A DNA stretch of 63,619 nucleotides, the filler included, from Pelomyxa schiedti (lineage: Eukaryota; Protista; Evosea), in assembly GCA_020536535.1 (NCBI GenBank). It is 13 parts of 13 records of this genome, joined end to end, with 100 filler letters (N's around TTAATTAATTAA, not from the genome) between each part and the next. Parts side by side here need not be neighbours in the genome. Positions count along the whole stretch, not along the records: positions 3,978 to 30,116 come from JAHLWZ010000463.1; positions 30,217 to 36,939 come from JAHLWZ010000054.1; 11 more parts are not named here. One strand, given 5' to 3'. A program made the translations under genes and the position numbers. The notes under the pieces were generated by a model. That model saw only the letters and a program-made list of their open reading frames with translations. It did no database searches and had not been told where the DNA came from. Shown in pieces: positions 25,857 through 37,039 of the stretch; the first letter of the stretch is position 1, and every line of letters starts with the position of its first letter.

Positions 25857-26513
25857 TCGGTGCTGGGTTGGTGCCTGGGGGGTTACTTTACACTCGTATT
25901 GGTGTGGCCTTGGTGTGGCCACTGGCTTCGATTTCGTTTTGTTTGGTTGTGTGTGTGTTGGTGGTGAACGAGTGTTCTTGTGTGTGCTGTTATCTAACAT
26001 CGTTGTTCTTTTTGGTGTTTTTTGTTTTTTTTTTTGTTTTTCTGTTGCCTTTGTGGTTGGCCGCTCTTGGTTTTTTTATTTTCTCTTTGCCAACTCCACG
26101 TTTTTCCTTGGGTGTGTTTTCTGTTTAAGGCCATTTTTGACAAATCATCATCAAACATCTGATGTTTCGCGACTTGGAATGCCGCCGGGAAATCAATTTC
26201 CTCCGGGCGTTGGTGCATTTTTTCCTTGCCGGCAATGAAAAGCTTGGAACTTTTGCAAAGTCCAACTTGGTGTTCAAGGCCAATGTTCATCGATAGTATG
26301 TGAAACGGGGTTCACAAAAGCCCAATATTGGAAAGTGGATGCTTGTTTTTTGTTGTATTACAACAGGAAGTGGTACTGGCACAACCTGTGGCTTGTGGTT
26401 GTTACAACACTTTGGTTGCTGGTGCCTGTTGTGGGTGACTGGAAGTGCATGCAGGCGAGTTGTGGTTGTTATGCTACATAACCATCGGTTTGTGGTTATG
26501 ATGTGGGATTGCG

Positions 26514-26845
26514 GGTTTGCGGTTTGTGGTTTGCGGTTTGCGGTTTGCGGTTTGCGGTTTGCGGTTTGCGGTTTGCGGTTTGTGGTTTGTGGTTTGTGGT
26601 TTGTGGTTTGTGGTTTGTGGTTTGTTTTGTTGTGCAAACGGTGGAATTATGAATCCAGTGGTTTGCGTGATTAGTGCTTTGCGGTGGTGCGGGCGTTTTG
26701 TTGCGATGCGGATGAGCGNNNNNNNNNNNNNNNNNNNNNNNNNNNNNNNNNNNNNNNNNNNNNNNNNNNNNNNNNNNNNNNNNNNNNNNNNNNNNNNNNN
26801 NNNNNNNNNNNNNNNNNNGGTTTGTGGTTTGTGGTTTGTGGTTTG
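26514..26845. repeat. Heptamer microsatellite (GGTTTGC)n(GGTTTGT)n beside scaffold gap 26719-26818
   Basis: About 15 tandem units at 26514-26624, with the repeat and its flank seen again after the gap. Confidence 0.9.
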
Positions 26846-26891
26846 TTTTGTTGTGCAAACGGTGGAATTATGAATCCAGTGGTTTGCGTGA

Positions 26892-29800
26892 TTAGTGCTT
26901 TGCGGTGGTGCGGGCGTTTTGTTGCGATGCGGATGAGCGGGAACTGGGTGCTTCACTCTGCGAGCGCCACTGTTGAAGGTTGTCCCAGGCCATCTGCTCT
27001 AGTTCGTGGAAGTTGGGGAATAGGAGCTGCAGAGCCTTGAGCAGCGGAATTACGAAGAGCGGCACAAACGAGTTCTGTTTATTTATAAGTGAAAAGGGAC
27101 TGGGACTAAAAAAGTGAGGTCGAGGTTACCTGCATCTCCAGAGCACTTGCGCGACCGTCCATGAACTTGGAAGTAGGGAGATTCCTCAATTTCTCGTCCG
27201 CACCTTGCTCGGCGAATTCGTTCATCAGGTTCTTGGTCCATTGTTGGCACACCCCCCACTCTCTGTACGCATTACTGATATCTGCCGCCTTCAATAAGAG
27301 CTGAAGAATCAAGAGTTTTCCTGGAGGGGTAGCCGCAATTGCTCCGGCTTTATCTTCAGTGTTTTCAGGAACCCAAGCCTTGAGAGCATCAACGAGTTCT
27401 ACGTGCTTAGCCATGTCTGTTGCATATATCAACTTGGAAACCAGAGAATGGAAGTCCTGCCTCTGGTGGAGTGTAAATTGGGCCAGGGGTTGGCACTCAG
27501 GGTTCAAAAATAGGGCCGTGAGAGAATAAGCAGCATGTGACCTTTCAAGCGCAGATTCGACAAAGGTTACATATGTAGGATGGAAAGTCTCGCGGAGGAA
27601 TACATTATTCCGTCCCGGGTGCTTGTAATCATGTGAGACAGCTGCAACGAAACAAGCAAGCCTTTCCAGGGGTGTAAGAGTCGCAGAAAATTCTGGAGAA
27701 GCCTCCTCGGCACGGGAAAGCATAGAATGAAAGGCTTGAACAACATCGGCAGCGTGATATTTGTTGTGGTACGGATTGAATGGGGGTGATGCCTTGTCAC
27801 TGCCTGTGGATGAACAGTAGTCCGTCTCCAAGAAACGGATGAAACCCTGAAGATGAGGGTAGTTGACTGGTAACCCGGAGGAAGTAATGTGCTGCTCAGA
27901 TAATACAGAAAAGAACACAGACTGGAGAAAGTTGTCCTCACCAACTGTTTTTGCTACCTGGAGGCCTGTCAGTCGTTTAATCACATACACAAAGCACACC
28001 TCAAATACATTGAATCTCCAATTTCCAATTCCAGGTATTGTTTGGGTGGACAAGGCACAATCTGGTGCATTTTGACCTGGCATACTGCGGCTCATAAAGG
28101 TTTCTAGCATGGAGGAGGTGAGAGCGGTGTGGTCCATCTCAATGCCACAATCGTGAACAAATTGTTTTTGATCAGAATTCAGCTGCGTTGTTGCCTTAAC
28201 CACTGTGTCAAATGTAAGTACGTTATCATCCAGAGCAAGGTGGGGTTACCTTTGAAGTCCTTGAATAGTAACAAGCGGCGTGCATCCCGGACTCGTTCCA
28301 CCATCTCGGCTGTGAGAGGGGAATCTGGGTGATCAGCGATATCAACCAGTACTTCAATTATCTGGTGAATGTGAGTGTAGGTACAACAAACTATTTGTAC
28401 AAACAGGTTGCACGCCACTTGACAGTGCTTTAACTGCCGCCATGTCCTCTTGGTTTTGTCCACTCTTCAAGGACATATTTTTCATCTGGTCCAGCTCGGT
28501 ACTCAGGTCGGCAATTTTCGCACTAAGTCCCGCGTACTTCCTCGTCACTGCGCTGTATGCTCCAATGGCCCCAGCTGCAATGACCATCGCCACCCCAAGA
28601 ACAGTTGAAATGCAGATCATCAGAACCATGGCATTCCTCTCATCAGCTGTTGCTTTCTCCTCGTCAATGACCGAAATGACAATCCATCTTGAGCGGGGTA
28701 CAAAGCACCAGGATATGAACCTGCTGCCTGTCGCAAACTGAATGGTTGCTATGTGGGTTTCTGTGGTGTTGTACAGCTCAAGTGTAGGTGTAATCGCTTC
28801 TGATATGCCCTTGTACCGGCCATTAGAGAAGATATTCCACTCCGTCAGATTATAATCTGGAGTCTCTAAGATGTGGGTGTAGTTGAACGATCCATCAGGT
28901 TGCTGGTACTCTTTATCCTCACCGCTTACCCAATCGGCAGATCCAGCTTCCGGTATCATCATCAGAGTTCCATCATAAGAAGCCAGAACAACATAAGCTC
29001 CGTTGGAGAGGCTGGAAGTCATTTTGGTAACTTGACCGATAATCTGTGTGATGTAGGCATCCATTCCACACCTTCCAAGAGACCCTCCATACGGGTTCGG
29101 TATTCTGGAGTCATATAATTCATAATACACGGAGGTAACCCATTTCCTGGTTATTTTGTCGATATAGACATTCAACCAGGTGAACCCTTGGTCGTCAGTC
29201 ACTCCTGGCAGCGGAAAGTAGGTGTGGACCATTTGCATGAAGTATATAGGAAAATAGGGGTAAATCAAGGAAAATCCGTTCTTTCCCTGGTAGTACATCT
29301 GTGAAACAACCTCCGGCCAGGCAGACTCGAGGTTCTCAATTAGTGGCGCCATCGCACCTGTACCCCAGAAGTATTGTTCAACCATAGATTGAAGTTGCGA
29401 GTCATTGAACAGCTGAGCCATGAAGATAACTTGGCCTACCCCACCAAAGTCGGTCATTGTGGCATAAGCTTTGCACCCAGTACAACCAGATATGGTATAA
29501 TTCCTGGTGTAAACCTCAGAAGATGAAATGCGGTGTAGAAAAAAGTACCAAAATCCATAAGTTGCCACCTCGGCAGCAGTAGGAGTTCGGGGAGTGGTGG
29601 ACGCGTCAGCAACGTCACTACAAAACGCTTTCACGACAGGTTGCAGTGTCTCACAAAACGAACTTATAGGCCCTATGCAAAAGGCGTCAGAAAAAGAGAG
29701 GGTAAAAAATCCCAAGAAGGGCTTGCAACTTTTCTTTTTTACGTGTAATAAGTCGTAATAATTTACTATATTCTCGACTTCAAAGAAAACCTACCAGCAA

Positions 29801-30092
29801 CGGACGTAGCCGTGGATTCGACGTAAATCCTTGTTTGGTCGGAAATCGTGTCGACGAGCCTTACGGCGAACACGCTGACAACAACAGCGCCGCCCGCGGC
29901 GATGACCGCGCAACAGGCGAAAAGCACGACGGCGAGCCACTCGGCTCCCCGCCACATGTGGTCCTCGTTCTTGTCTCCTCCTCTGCGCCTGCCGCGATCA
30001 GAGTGCGAAGATCTAGAGCTGGTTGGCTCCGGATCTAGATCTACAACGTCGGGAGTGCGACGGTCTGTGCTGCGGTGGTACGCCTTCTCCAT
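26892..30092 (-). CDS. Receptor-type dCache-like phosphodiesterase, copy 3 (multi-exon, most diverged)
   Basis: TM1 WLAVVLFACCAVIAAGGAVVVSVFAV, the Cache-like region and TM2, then YHNKYHAADV, HDYKHPG, LERSH, TDM, ADISN and Q|NSF. Confidence 0.92.
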
Positions 30093-30216
30093 GTGTTGGG
30101 TTTTTTCTTATTGTGGNNNNNNNNNNNNNNNNNNNNNNNNNNNNNNNNNNNNNNNNNNNNTTAATTAATTAANNNNNNNNNNNNNNNNNNNNNNNNNNNN
30201 NNNNNNNNNNNNNNNN

Positions 30217-30843
30217 AGATCGAGTGGGATGTATTACTTCCTGCTTGGAAACAGAGCTTGTGAACTCAAGGTGTTGGTGTTGAACACAGGCGAGGTTGTC
30301 ACATTGAGTGAAGGCTCCCAATCTGCCAGGAAACTTACTGTGGAGGCAGTTGACGAAACACACCTGAGCCTCACAAAGCGTGGCCATTACACAGTGACAC
30401 AAACATCAGGGAAAACCTCAGTTTATTCTCTGTCGGAGCTGATTTCATCAGCTACTGCGTTGTCACCACCACACTCTGAATCATCCTGTTTTGACCAAGT
30501 CACTCCAATCCACGTTCACCACTTTTCACCAGGATCAGTGGTTGGTGCTGTTGGTTGCGGCATTGTAACATCAAGTTCCCTGTCAATGTCATCATGGCAC
30601 CAGTCCTCAGAGCCAAAGAGACCAAGGCTCTCCAACACGAGGGACAGAACAATCTCCAAGAGGTTCTACATCCCACAGTTCCTCATGTCACATGAGTTCC
30701 TCGATGCAACAACAGGCACTGTGTTGTTCAAAGTGAAGCAGACAGATGTGCAGTTCGCCCTGCTTCCAGTTGACATCCATCCTGTTCCATTCCACAATCC
30801 ATTTCCTCTGGATGAACGCATGGAAAGTACAGAAGAACTGTGA
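30217..30843 (+). CDS. C-terminal part of a beta-rich family protein (5'-partial)
   Basis: 204-aa ORF at the contig start, with AVDETHL and EFLDATTGTVLF, similar to other family C-termini. Confidence 0.55.
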   Translation, partial: RSSGMYYFLLGNRACELKVLVLNTGEVVTLSEGSQSARKLTVEAVDETHLSLTKRGHYTVTQTSGKTSVYSLSELISSATALSPPHSESSCFDQVTPIHVHHFSPGSVVGAVGCGIVTSSSLSMSSWHQSSEPKRPRLSNTRDRTISKRFYIPQFLMSHEFLDATTGTVLFKVKQTDVQFALLPVDIHPVPFHNPFPLDERMESTEEL

Positions 30844-31072
30844 AATGGAAAAAAATGAACGTAACCTTTGCGAGAATTGTTGGATGGTGAAGAGTTTTTG
30901 CTTGTGTTTTCCTTTGACTAAGACAATAGACTACAACAGTAACTACATCAATTTTGGGGTCTGTAATGACTGGTCACAGTGCGGGCCACCACTCCCCATG
31001 GTATTTTTTTTCTCCACCTATGTTTCTCAGGCTGTCAAAAACCGCTTTAAAATTCTGACTGATCTTGGGGCC

Positions 31073-31375
31073 ATGCAATCTATAACCGGAGACAAACCAC
31101 ACACCGTTGTCGGAGTGTCGGCTGAGAAACAAATCCTGCAGTTGATAGTCGCAGTGGCAAAGGCAACAACACCCACAATTGCGTCCAGGCGACGGCAGTC
31201 GTCCCCAGTCGCTTACCCCAGAGACCGCCGAGGCCGCCGCTGCTACGCCGCTGCGTTGCCATTGTGGGTGGTCGTCGAGTGCGTCGGGAAACGCTGGGTG
31301 ATGAGGCCCGAGAGGAGGGTCATGGTCACGATGGAAGACACTCTTGGGAGCACCACTGAGGTGTTCCATTGCTGA
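31073..31375 (+). pseudogene. 3'-truncated ARDQF-like family gene
   Basis: SAEKQILQLIVAV...LPLWVVVECVGKRWVMRPERRV resembles the family N-terminus, but it stops after about 100 aa and overlaps the kinase 3' end. Confidence 0.5.
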
Positions 31376-33586
31376 GGAGGGAGTGGAGGGAGCAACTCAG
31401 TGGAGAAGGTGCACATGTCTTGTTTGAACTTTCCAATGAACTTGTTGGTGGGAGGCAGCATGGCATCGTAAAACGTGAGGGCGAGGGAGAAGGAGTCACA
31501 CTTGGAAAACGAGAACATGCAGGACGAGCCACGCATCCTCATGAGGTCCCTGGAGAGTGCACTCACCTCGGGTGGCATCGTGCCTGTGTTCCCCCACACC
31601 TGCCCGTTGTCTGCCCTCGTCAACATGACTTGCAGCAAGTCATCATCATCACCGGCGGAACAACACTCCACTGCTTCTCCAAAGTCGATCAACGTGAGCT
31701 TGTGAGTGGCTGGGTCAACAAGGATGTTGTCTCCTTTGATGTCTCTGTGATTTGAATGGGAATCATGAACAAAAACTGAATTTGAAAAGAGCAACCTGTG
31801 GATGACATGTGCTCTTTCAATGTGAGCCACAGCACTCAGTGATTGGAAAAGCAAGTTCCTCACCGTGTTGGTTGTGCTGGCCTCAGCGCCGATCTGATGA
31901 GGGGTGGTTGATGCTGCAGATGTGGCTGTGGCACAAGAAGAAGGCATATTTGACAGAAACTTAGGCAATGGAACACCACAGAAAGGAAGAAGGAAAGCAA
32001 GTGACTTGTTCAGTGCAAACTCTTTGTAAACTGGCTGATCAGAAGGTATTGCCTCGATGAACTCTGGTGGAAATCTTTTTTTTTTTTGGTTGGGGGGTGC
32101 TGGTTTATTTATCATTCACAACAAGAATGTCCCAAATAGTTTATATCATAACTTCTGCTATTTATTTCATTTATTTCAGTTCATAACTTCTACTTTTTAT
32201 TTCAGTTATTTATGGAGTGTATAACAAACACACACACACACACCTCGGAATGACAAGAGTTCCAAGAGGGTGGATAACATTTGGATGAAGTGGAACAGAT
32301 GCAAGAACGATGCACTCTTTCATGTACTTCTGCTTGATCAGTGTCTGATGTGGTGTGTTCTCCCAGTTGAACAGAACTTTCATTGCCATGGTCGTTGGTG
32401 GTTGTGCGTTGTTTTGTTCATCGCTTTTGGTGTTGTTGTCCAGAGGAGGTTGTGTGGTGGTGGAGGAAGAAGAAGAAGGTTGGAGGAGGGGCAACAAAAG
32501 CACACTGCCGGTTGTTCCCCTGCGGAAAAAATTCACGTGGAATGTGGCTGCATTTGAGCCTGAACCAAGAAATTTCATCATTGCAAATGAATCAATGTTG
32601 GCTCCAACCAACGATGTCATTGTCTCTGCTCTCTCCTGTGTGATGTGTTTTTTGTTGGTGGGAGTGAACACAGATTTTAGTGGTCAGTGTTGATGATGGA
32701 CCACGACTTCTTGGGGAAGGATAGAACTCACCTTGTAACATTCTTTGAGAACAGAGTTCTCCTCCTCAAGTGTCTTGATCCTCTTCTCCTTTTCTTGCAG
32801 TTTCCCTTCCAGATTCATCACCCTCTCATTCATTTCCCTCAATGATTCTCCAAGCCGTTTGTTCTCCCCTGTGATTCTTGCAATTTCTCTCTCTTTCTCA
32901 CTCAACTCCCGTTCAAATGTGCTATTTTTCGGTGTGTTTGTGGTGGGCTGCAGGGATTGTATTCTCGTGTTGTGATCCCTCAAGAGCTTGCAGATATCAG
33001 TGCGGTTCCGTCTTGTTGCCACGTCAAGTGGCGTTTCACCTTCGCCGTTTTTGCGGTTTGTGCCAATTCCATTGACCTGGAGCAGAGCCTTCACCCCTTC
33101 CAGGAATCCACACTCACAAGCCACGTGCAGTGCCGTTTGGCCAACAAGAGACCGGTACCCCGACGTATACACCGCGTTGGCGTCCACGCGTGGGCACCCG
33201 AGCAGTGCCGCCACGACGCCCATGTGGTTCCCCCGACACGCCAAGGCCAGCGGGCACCCCTTGTTCACATCCACACCGCTCGTTGCCAGCAGCACCCTCA
33301 CCACCGCCTCCTTTCCGTGTTCGGCAGCGCTGCACAGTGGCGTCACACCCAGGCAGTCGGTGGCGTTTGGGTCGATCGGCGGGCTGCGCGTCGCGCCCAC
33401 GGCGAGGAGCTGCCTCGCGAGCCGCACGTGCCCGCACGCGCACGCGATGTGGAGCATGGTGCTGCAGTCCCAGGTGATGGGAGTGTTGAAGTCCCAGGTG
33501 GGGTCCGGGAGCGGGGGCATGTCGCCGCGCACGCATGCGGCACACATGGCCTCGCGCTGTACCGGTGACAGTGGTGGCGTCGTCAT
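31243..33586 (-). CDS. Ankyrin repeat / coiled coil / PINK1-like Ser/Thr kinase (exons 33586-32732, 32635-32244, then 32074 onward with an intron inside HR|D); C-terminus apparently truncated
   Basis: Ankyrin motifs TMLHIAC, TPLCSAA, TALHVAC, TPLDVA. Kinase motifs LGSGSNA, AMKVLFN, HPNVI, HRDIKGDNILV, IDFGE, GNTGTMPPE, SKCDSFSLA. Confidence 0.85.
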
Positions 33587-33668
33587 CCACACGGTTGGTG
33601 TGATTGTTGTTTTGAGGGTGGGGGCAAAAACTTGTTACAGGTTACTGTAAGCGGCAGAAAACACAGTA

Positions 33669-35545
33669 CACCGGGGTGCAAGTCAAATGAGAAAAACAGA
33701 ATTTTTTAGTGAGCAAGGCAGTGTGAAGCGGCCCGATTTTGCCGGGATTTGTTGATGTTTTGTGCCGCGGGGCGGTTGGCGCGGCGCCGCGGCGGCAGCG
33801 CGGCGTGTGTGTTCGTTGAATCGGGTCTCGCCGCGGCTGTGCGGCACTGACATAAATGGCATGTTTGGGGTTGTGGAGACGGTGCAGTGACTTGCCTCTT
33901 TGTTTATCTCCACTATCATCAAAAAAATCACTGCTACGAGGGGAGACCATGCCGCCCTGGGTTGAAGAGGAACAAGCGGTACCCGCCTTCCATCTAATAT
34001 CTAATTGTTTTATTTCTGGACGTGTTTGTTTCAATTAAATTAAATTAATTTAATTTAATTTAAGTTTTTAATTGTTTATTATTAATTTAATTAAAATTAA
34101 TTTTTTACACCTTTATGACTTGCATTAGGCCTACAGCATTGCCTCACCCCTTGTATGTATTTCCGTGCCTTTTTCCACTGGTATGTGGCTTCTTGTTTCT
34201 TTGTTTTCTTTTTCCCATAGTAGATAACTATCATTCCAGCGGGCAAGGTAAATTCCATCTGTTCTTTCAGCACTGGGACACTGGAATGCTTTTTTTTTTT
34301 TTACACTTAGGTGGTCAACCTTCCTGCTGCTGCTGACATGACAACCACTGACGTACATCCTTTTACTTTTTTGTCATTGCTAAACAGTTGTAGGTACCGG
34401 ACTGACCAACCCCAACTTCCCTTACCCACTCTCCCCCACTTTTCCGCTTTCCAACTACCACACTTTACTGTGACGGGTGCACAACCAGGCCCAAATTTCC
34501 CTTCTTACTCTTTCACTCTCATGCGTACCCACAACGCCCACTTCTCTCCAAAATGTGGATTTAAAAAAAGGTGGCACGATTTTTTATCCAAGGACTTAAG
34601 GGTATAACTTTTTTTTTTTGCCTGAAGTCGATTTTCGACTTCAGGCTTGTACATAGAGGTGTGAGGTGAGGATGGTGAGAGTGAGTGTGAGGAATTCGGC
34701 CTGGTGCCCAGTCTGGTACCTAGTACTTTGAGTTGGATGACGAGGGGGGAGGGTTGTACGTTGGTGGTTGCCATCTGGGCAGCTGGCGCAGCTGTAAAAA
34801 AAAAAAGCTACATACCACCGTGCCAGTATAAGAAAAACCTAGCCAGCTGGGATTATAGCCACCACGTCCGGCACCTAAATTATCCTACGTGAGAAAACGA
34901 AGAAAGAAGAAGCCACATACTGGCGGAAAGCGGAGACTTCTAATACAGGTTGAAAGCGGCGTAAAAACTGGTGTAATGTGGAGACTTCTAATACAGGTCG
35001 AATGGAAAAAAGAACTGGAGGCGTAGTTAATAATATATAATATATTATTAATTAATACGCATATATAACCATTAAATTTAATTTATTATTATATAATAAA
35101 TTAAATTTTTAATAATAATGGTTAATTATTTAAAATAAATCAAATTTAATTTGTATTTTAATAATAAAATCAAAAACACCACTCCGATAAATAAAATAAT
35201 AAACAAGCAAACAGAACAGTTGTGGCGAAGAAGACAACAAAAAGCAAATGGGAGAGTACCGCTTGCTCCTCCTCACCACTGGCGGCATGGCCTCCCCTCG
35301 TCGATTTCTTTTGTGATAATGAAAAGACACAAGCCACTGAACAATCGCCAAAACCCATTTATGTCAGTGCCGCGCAGCCGCGGCGAGACCCGATTCAACG
35401 AACACACACGCCGCGCTGCCGCCGCGGCGCCGCGCCAACCGCCCCGCGGCACAAAACATCAACAAATCCCGGCAAAATCGGGCCGCTTCGCCCTGCCTTG
35501 CTCACTAAAAAATTCTGTTTTTCTCATTTGACTTGCACCCCGGTG
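33669..35545. mobile_element. Non-autonomous DNA transposon with about 190-bp TIRs and TA flanks (Tc1/mariner-like), full copy
   Basis: TA|CACCGGGGTGCAAGTCAAATG... at the left end and ...CATTTGACTTGCACCCCGGTG|TA at the right. 33669-33859 is the near-perfect reverse complement of about 35354-35545. No transposase ORF; two further copies in the window. Confidence 0.85.
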
Positions 35546-35568
35546 TACATCATCTGATCTTTTGTGAA

Positions 35569-36939
35569 ATGCAACTCGGACACTTGACCATCGAACGTGC
35601 GATCGACGCACGAGACCAATTCGTTGCGATGTGCCTCGCGTTGTGCCCACCACCCACAATCCCGTCTCGCCAGGCCCCTCGCGTCACAAACGACGTGGCG
35701 AAACACATCGGCCAGCGCTGGGTGCTCGCCCCGGCCCGCCGGTTCATCGCGTCCACCGGCCTGTTCTTCTCGACGGTCGTCTCGATCGGGCCCACCCTCG
35801 GCGTCGTCGACACCGATGAGACCGACGAGTGGACCAGGAACCACTCCCTGCTGTGCTGGCTCGGCACGTCCACGCTCCTGGCCGCCTCCGGCCACATGCA
35901 GGTAGTGGACCTGACCGGGGGATCCAGCCTCGCGACCCACGCCATCCAGGCCCCGCAGTACAGTTGCGACCAGTTCTGGGGCAACCACAAGTGGATTCTG
36001 GCGTGGCGCTTCACTCAATTATACATCCACAGGGTGGGGGATGTGTCGTCGTCGTGGGTGCAGCTTGGCGGACAACACGCATACGCGGTCGGCCAAATCG
36101 ACGTCGTGTTCTCGCGCACTGAGCCTGGCGTCGTCGGTTTCGGCGATGAGGCCTCAGTGCTGGTGTNNNNNNNNNNNNNNNNNNNNNNNNNNNNNNNNNN
36201 NNNNNNNNNNNNNNNNNNNNNNNNNNNNNNNNNNNNNNNNNNNNNNNNNNNNNNNNNNNNNNNNNNTCGTCGTCGTGGGTGCAGCTTGGCGGACAACACG
36301 CATACGCGGTCGGCCAAATCGACGTCGTGTTCTCGCGCACTGAGCCTGGCGTCGTCGGTTTCGGCGATGAGGCCTCAGTGCTGGTGTCAAAATATGACCT
36401 CAAGGACTGGGGCAAGAGAGTGCTTACTGTCGACCTGGAGAAGAGCTTCTCCGCTGGTACACCTCGACGCTGTCAAGTTCATATTTATTGATGTAGTACT
36501 AAAGCTCCCTTCACCCACCACCAGGTAGATTGGTTTCAGTGAAGGAAGACGTCGTGTTCCATGCTCCAGAGAAAGCTTTCTGCAATCCGTTCCTGTTCAT
36601 GGACGCTGGTGGAAACCCAAGGGTTGTTTGCCAGGTGTTCCCGACAACCACCAGCAAGTCTGCAAGTGCGTTTGCAGTGAACCCCAGGACCGGCGACACA
36701 ATCAAGCTGCGCGATTCATGTGAGTACGTGAGCAAGTCCAATGACCACCTGGTCAGGCTGGACACAGCCACCTTCAACGTGTTCACAGGCCAAGCGTGCG
36801 CCACTGTCCCGAATGACATCACGTTCCAGACCATCCTCGACCGTGGCTTGGTTGTGGGACCAGTGGCACCATCACCAGCCACGTCAGTCAAGTGCAGGGC
36901 CGTGATTGATGAGGAGACAGGACTCGCACTCTGCCGTTT
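35569..36939 (+). CDS. ARDQF-family hypothetical protein (gap 36167-36266, intron near 36465-36527, 3'-partial)
   Basis: DARDQFVAMCLAL...IGQRWV...SIGPTLGVV...GNHKWI. Confidence 0.75.
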
Positions 36940-37039
36940 NNNNNNNNNNNNNNNNNNNNNNNNNNNNNNNNNNNNNNNNNNNNTTAATTAATTAANNNNN
37001 NNNNNNNNNNNNNNNNNNNNNNNNNNNNNNNNNNNNNNN

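Noticed and set aside
26600-26938. Direct duplication flanking the gap
   Set aside because: Identical sequence on both sides of a 100-N gap indicates unmerged overlapping contig ends. The same applies at about 36045-36386.
33642-35557. Short ORFs within the TIR element as a transposase
   Set aside because: No DDE or HTH motifs, and the frames are not conserved among the copies.
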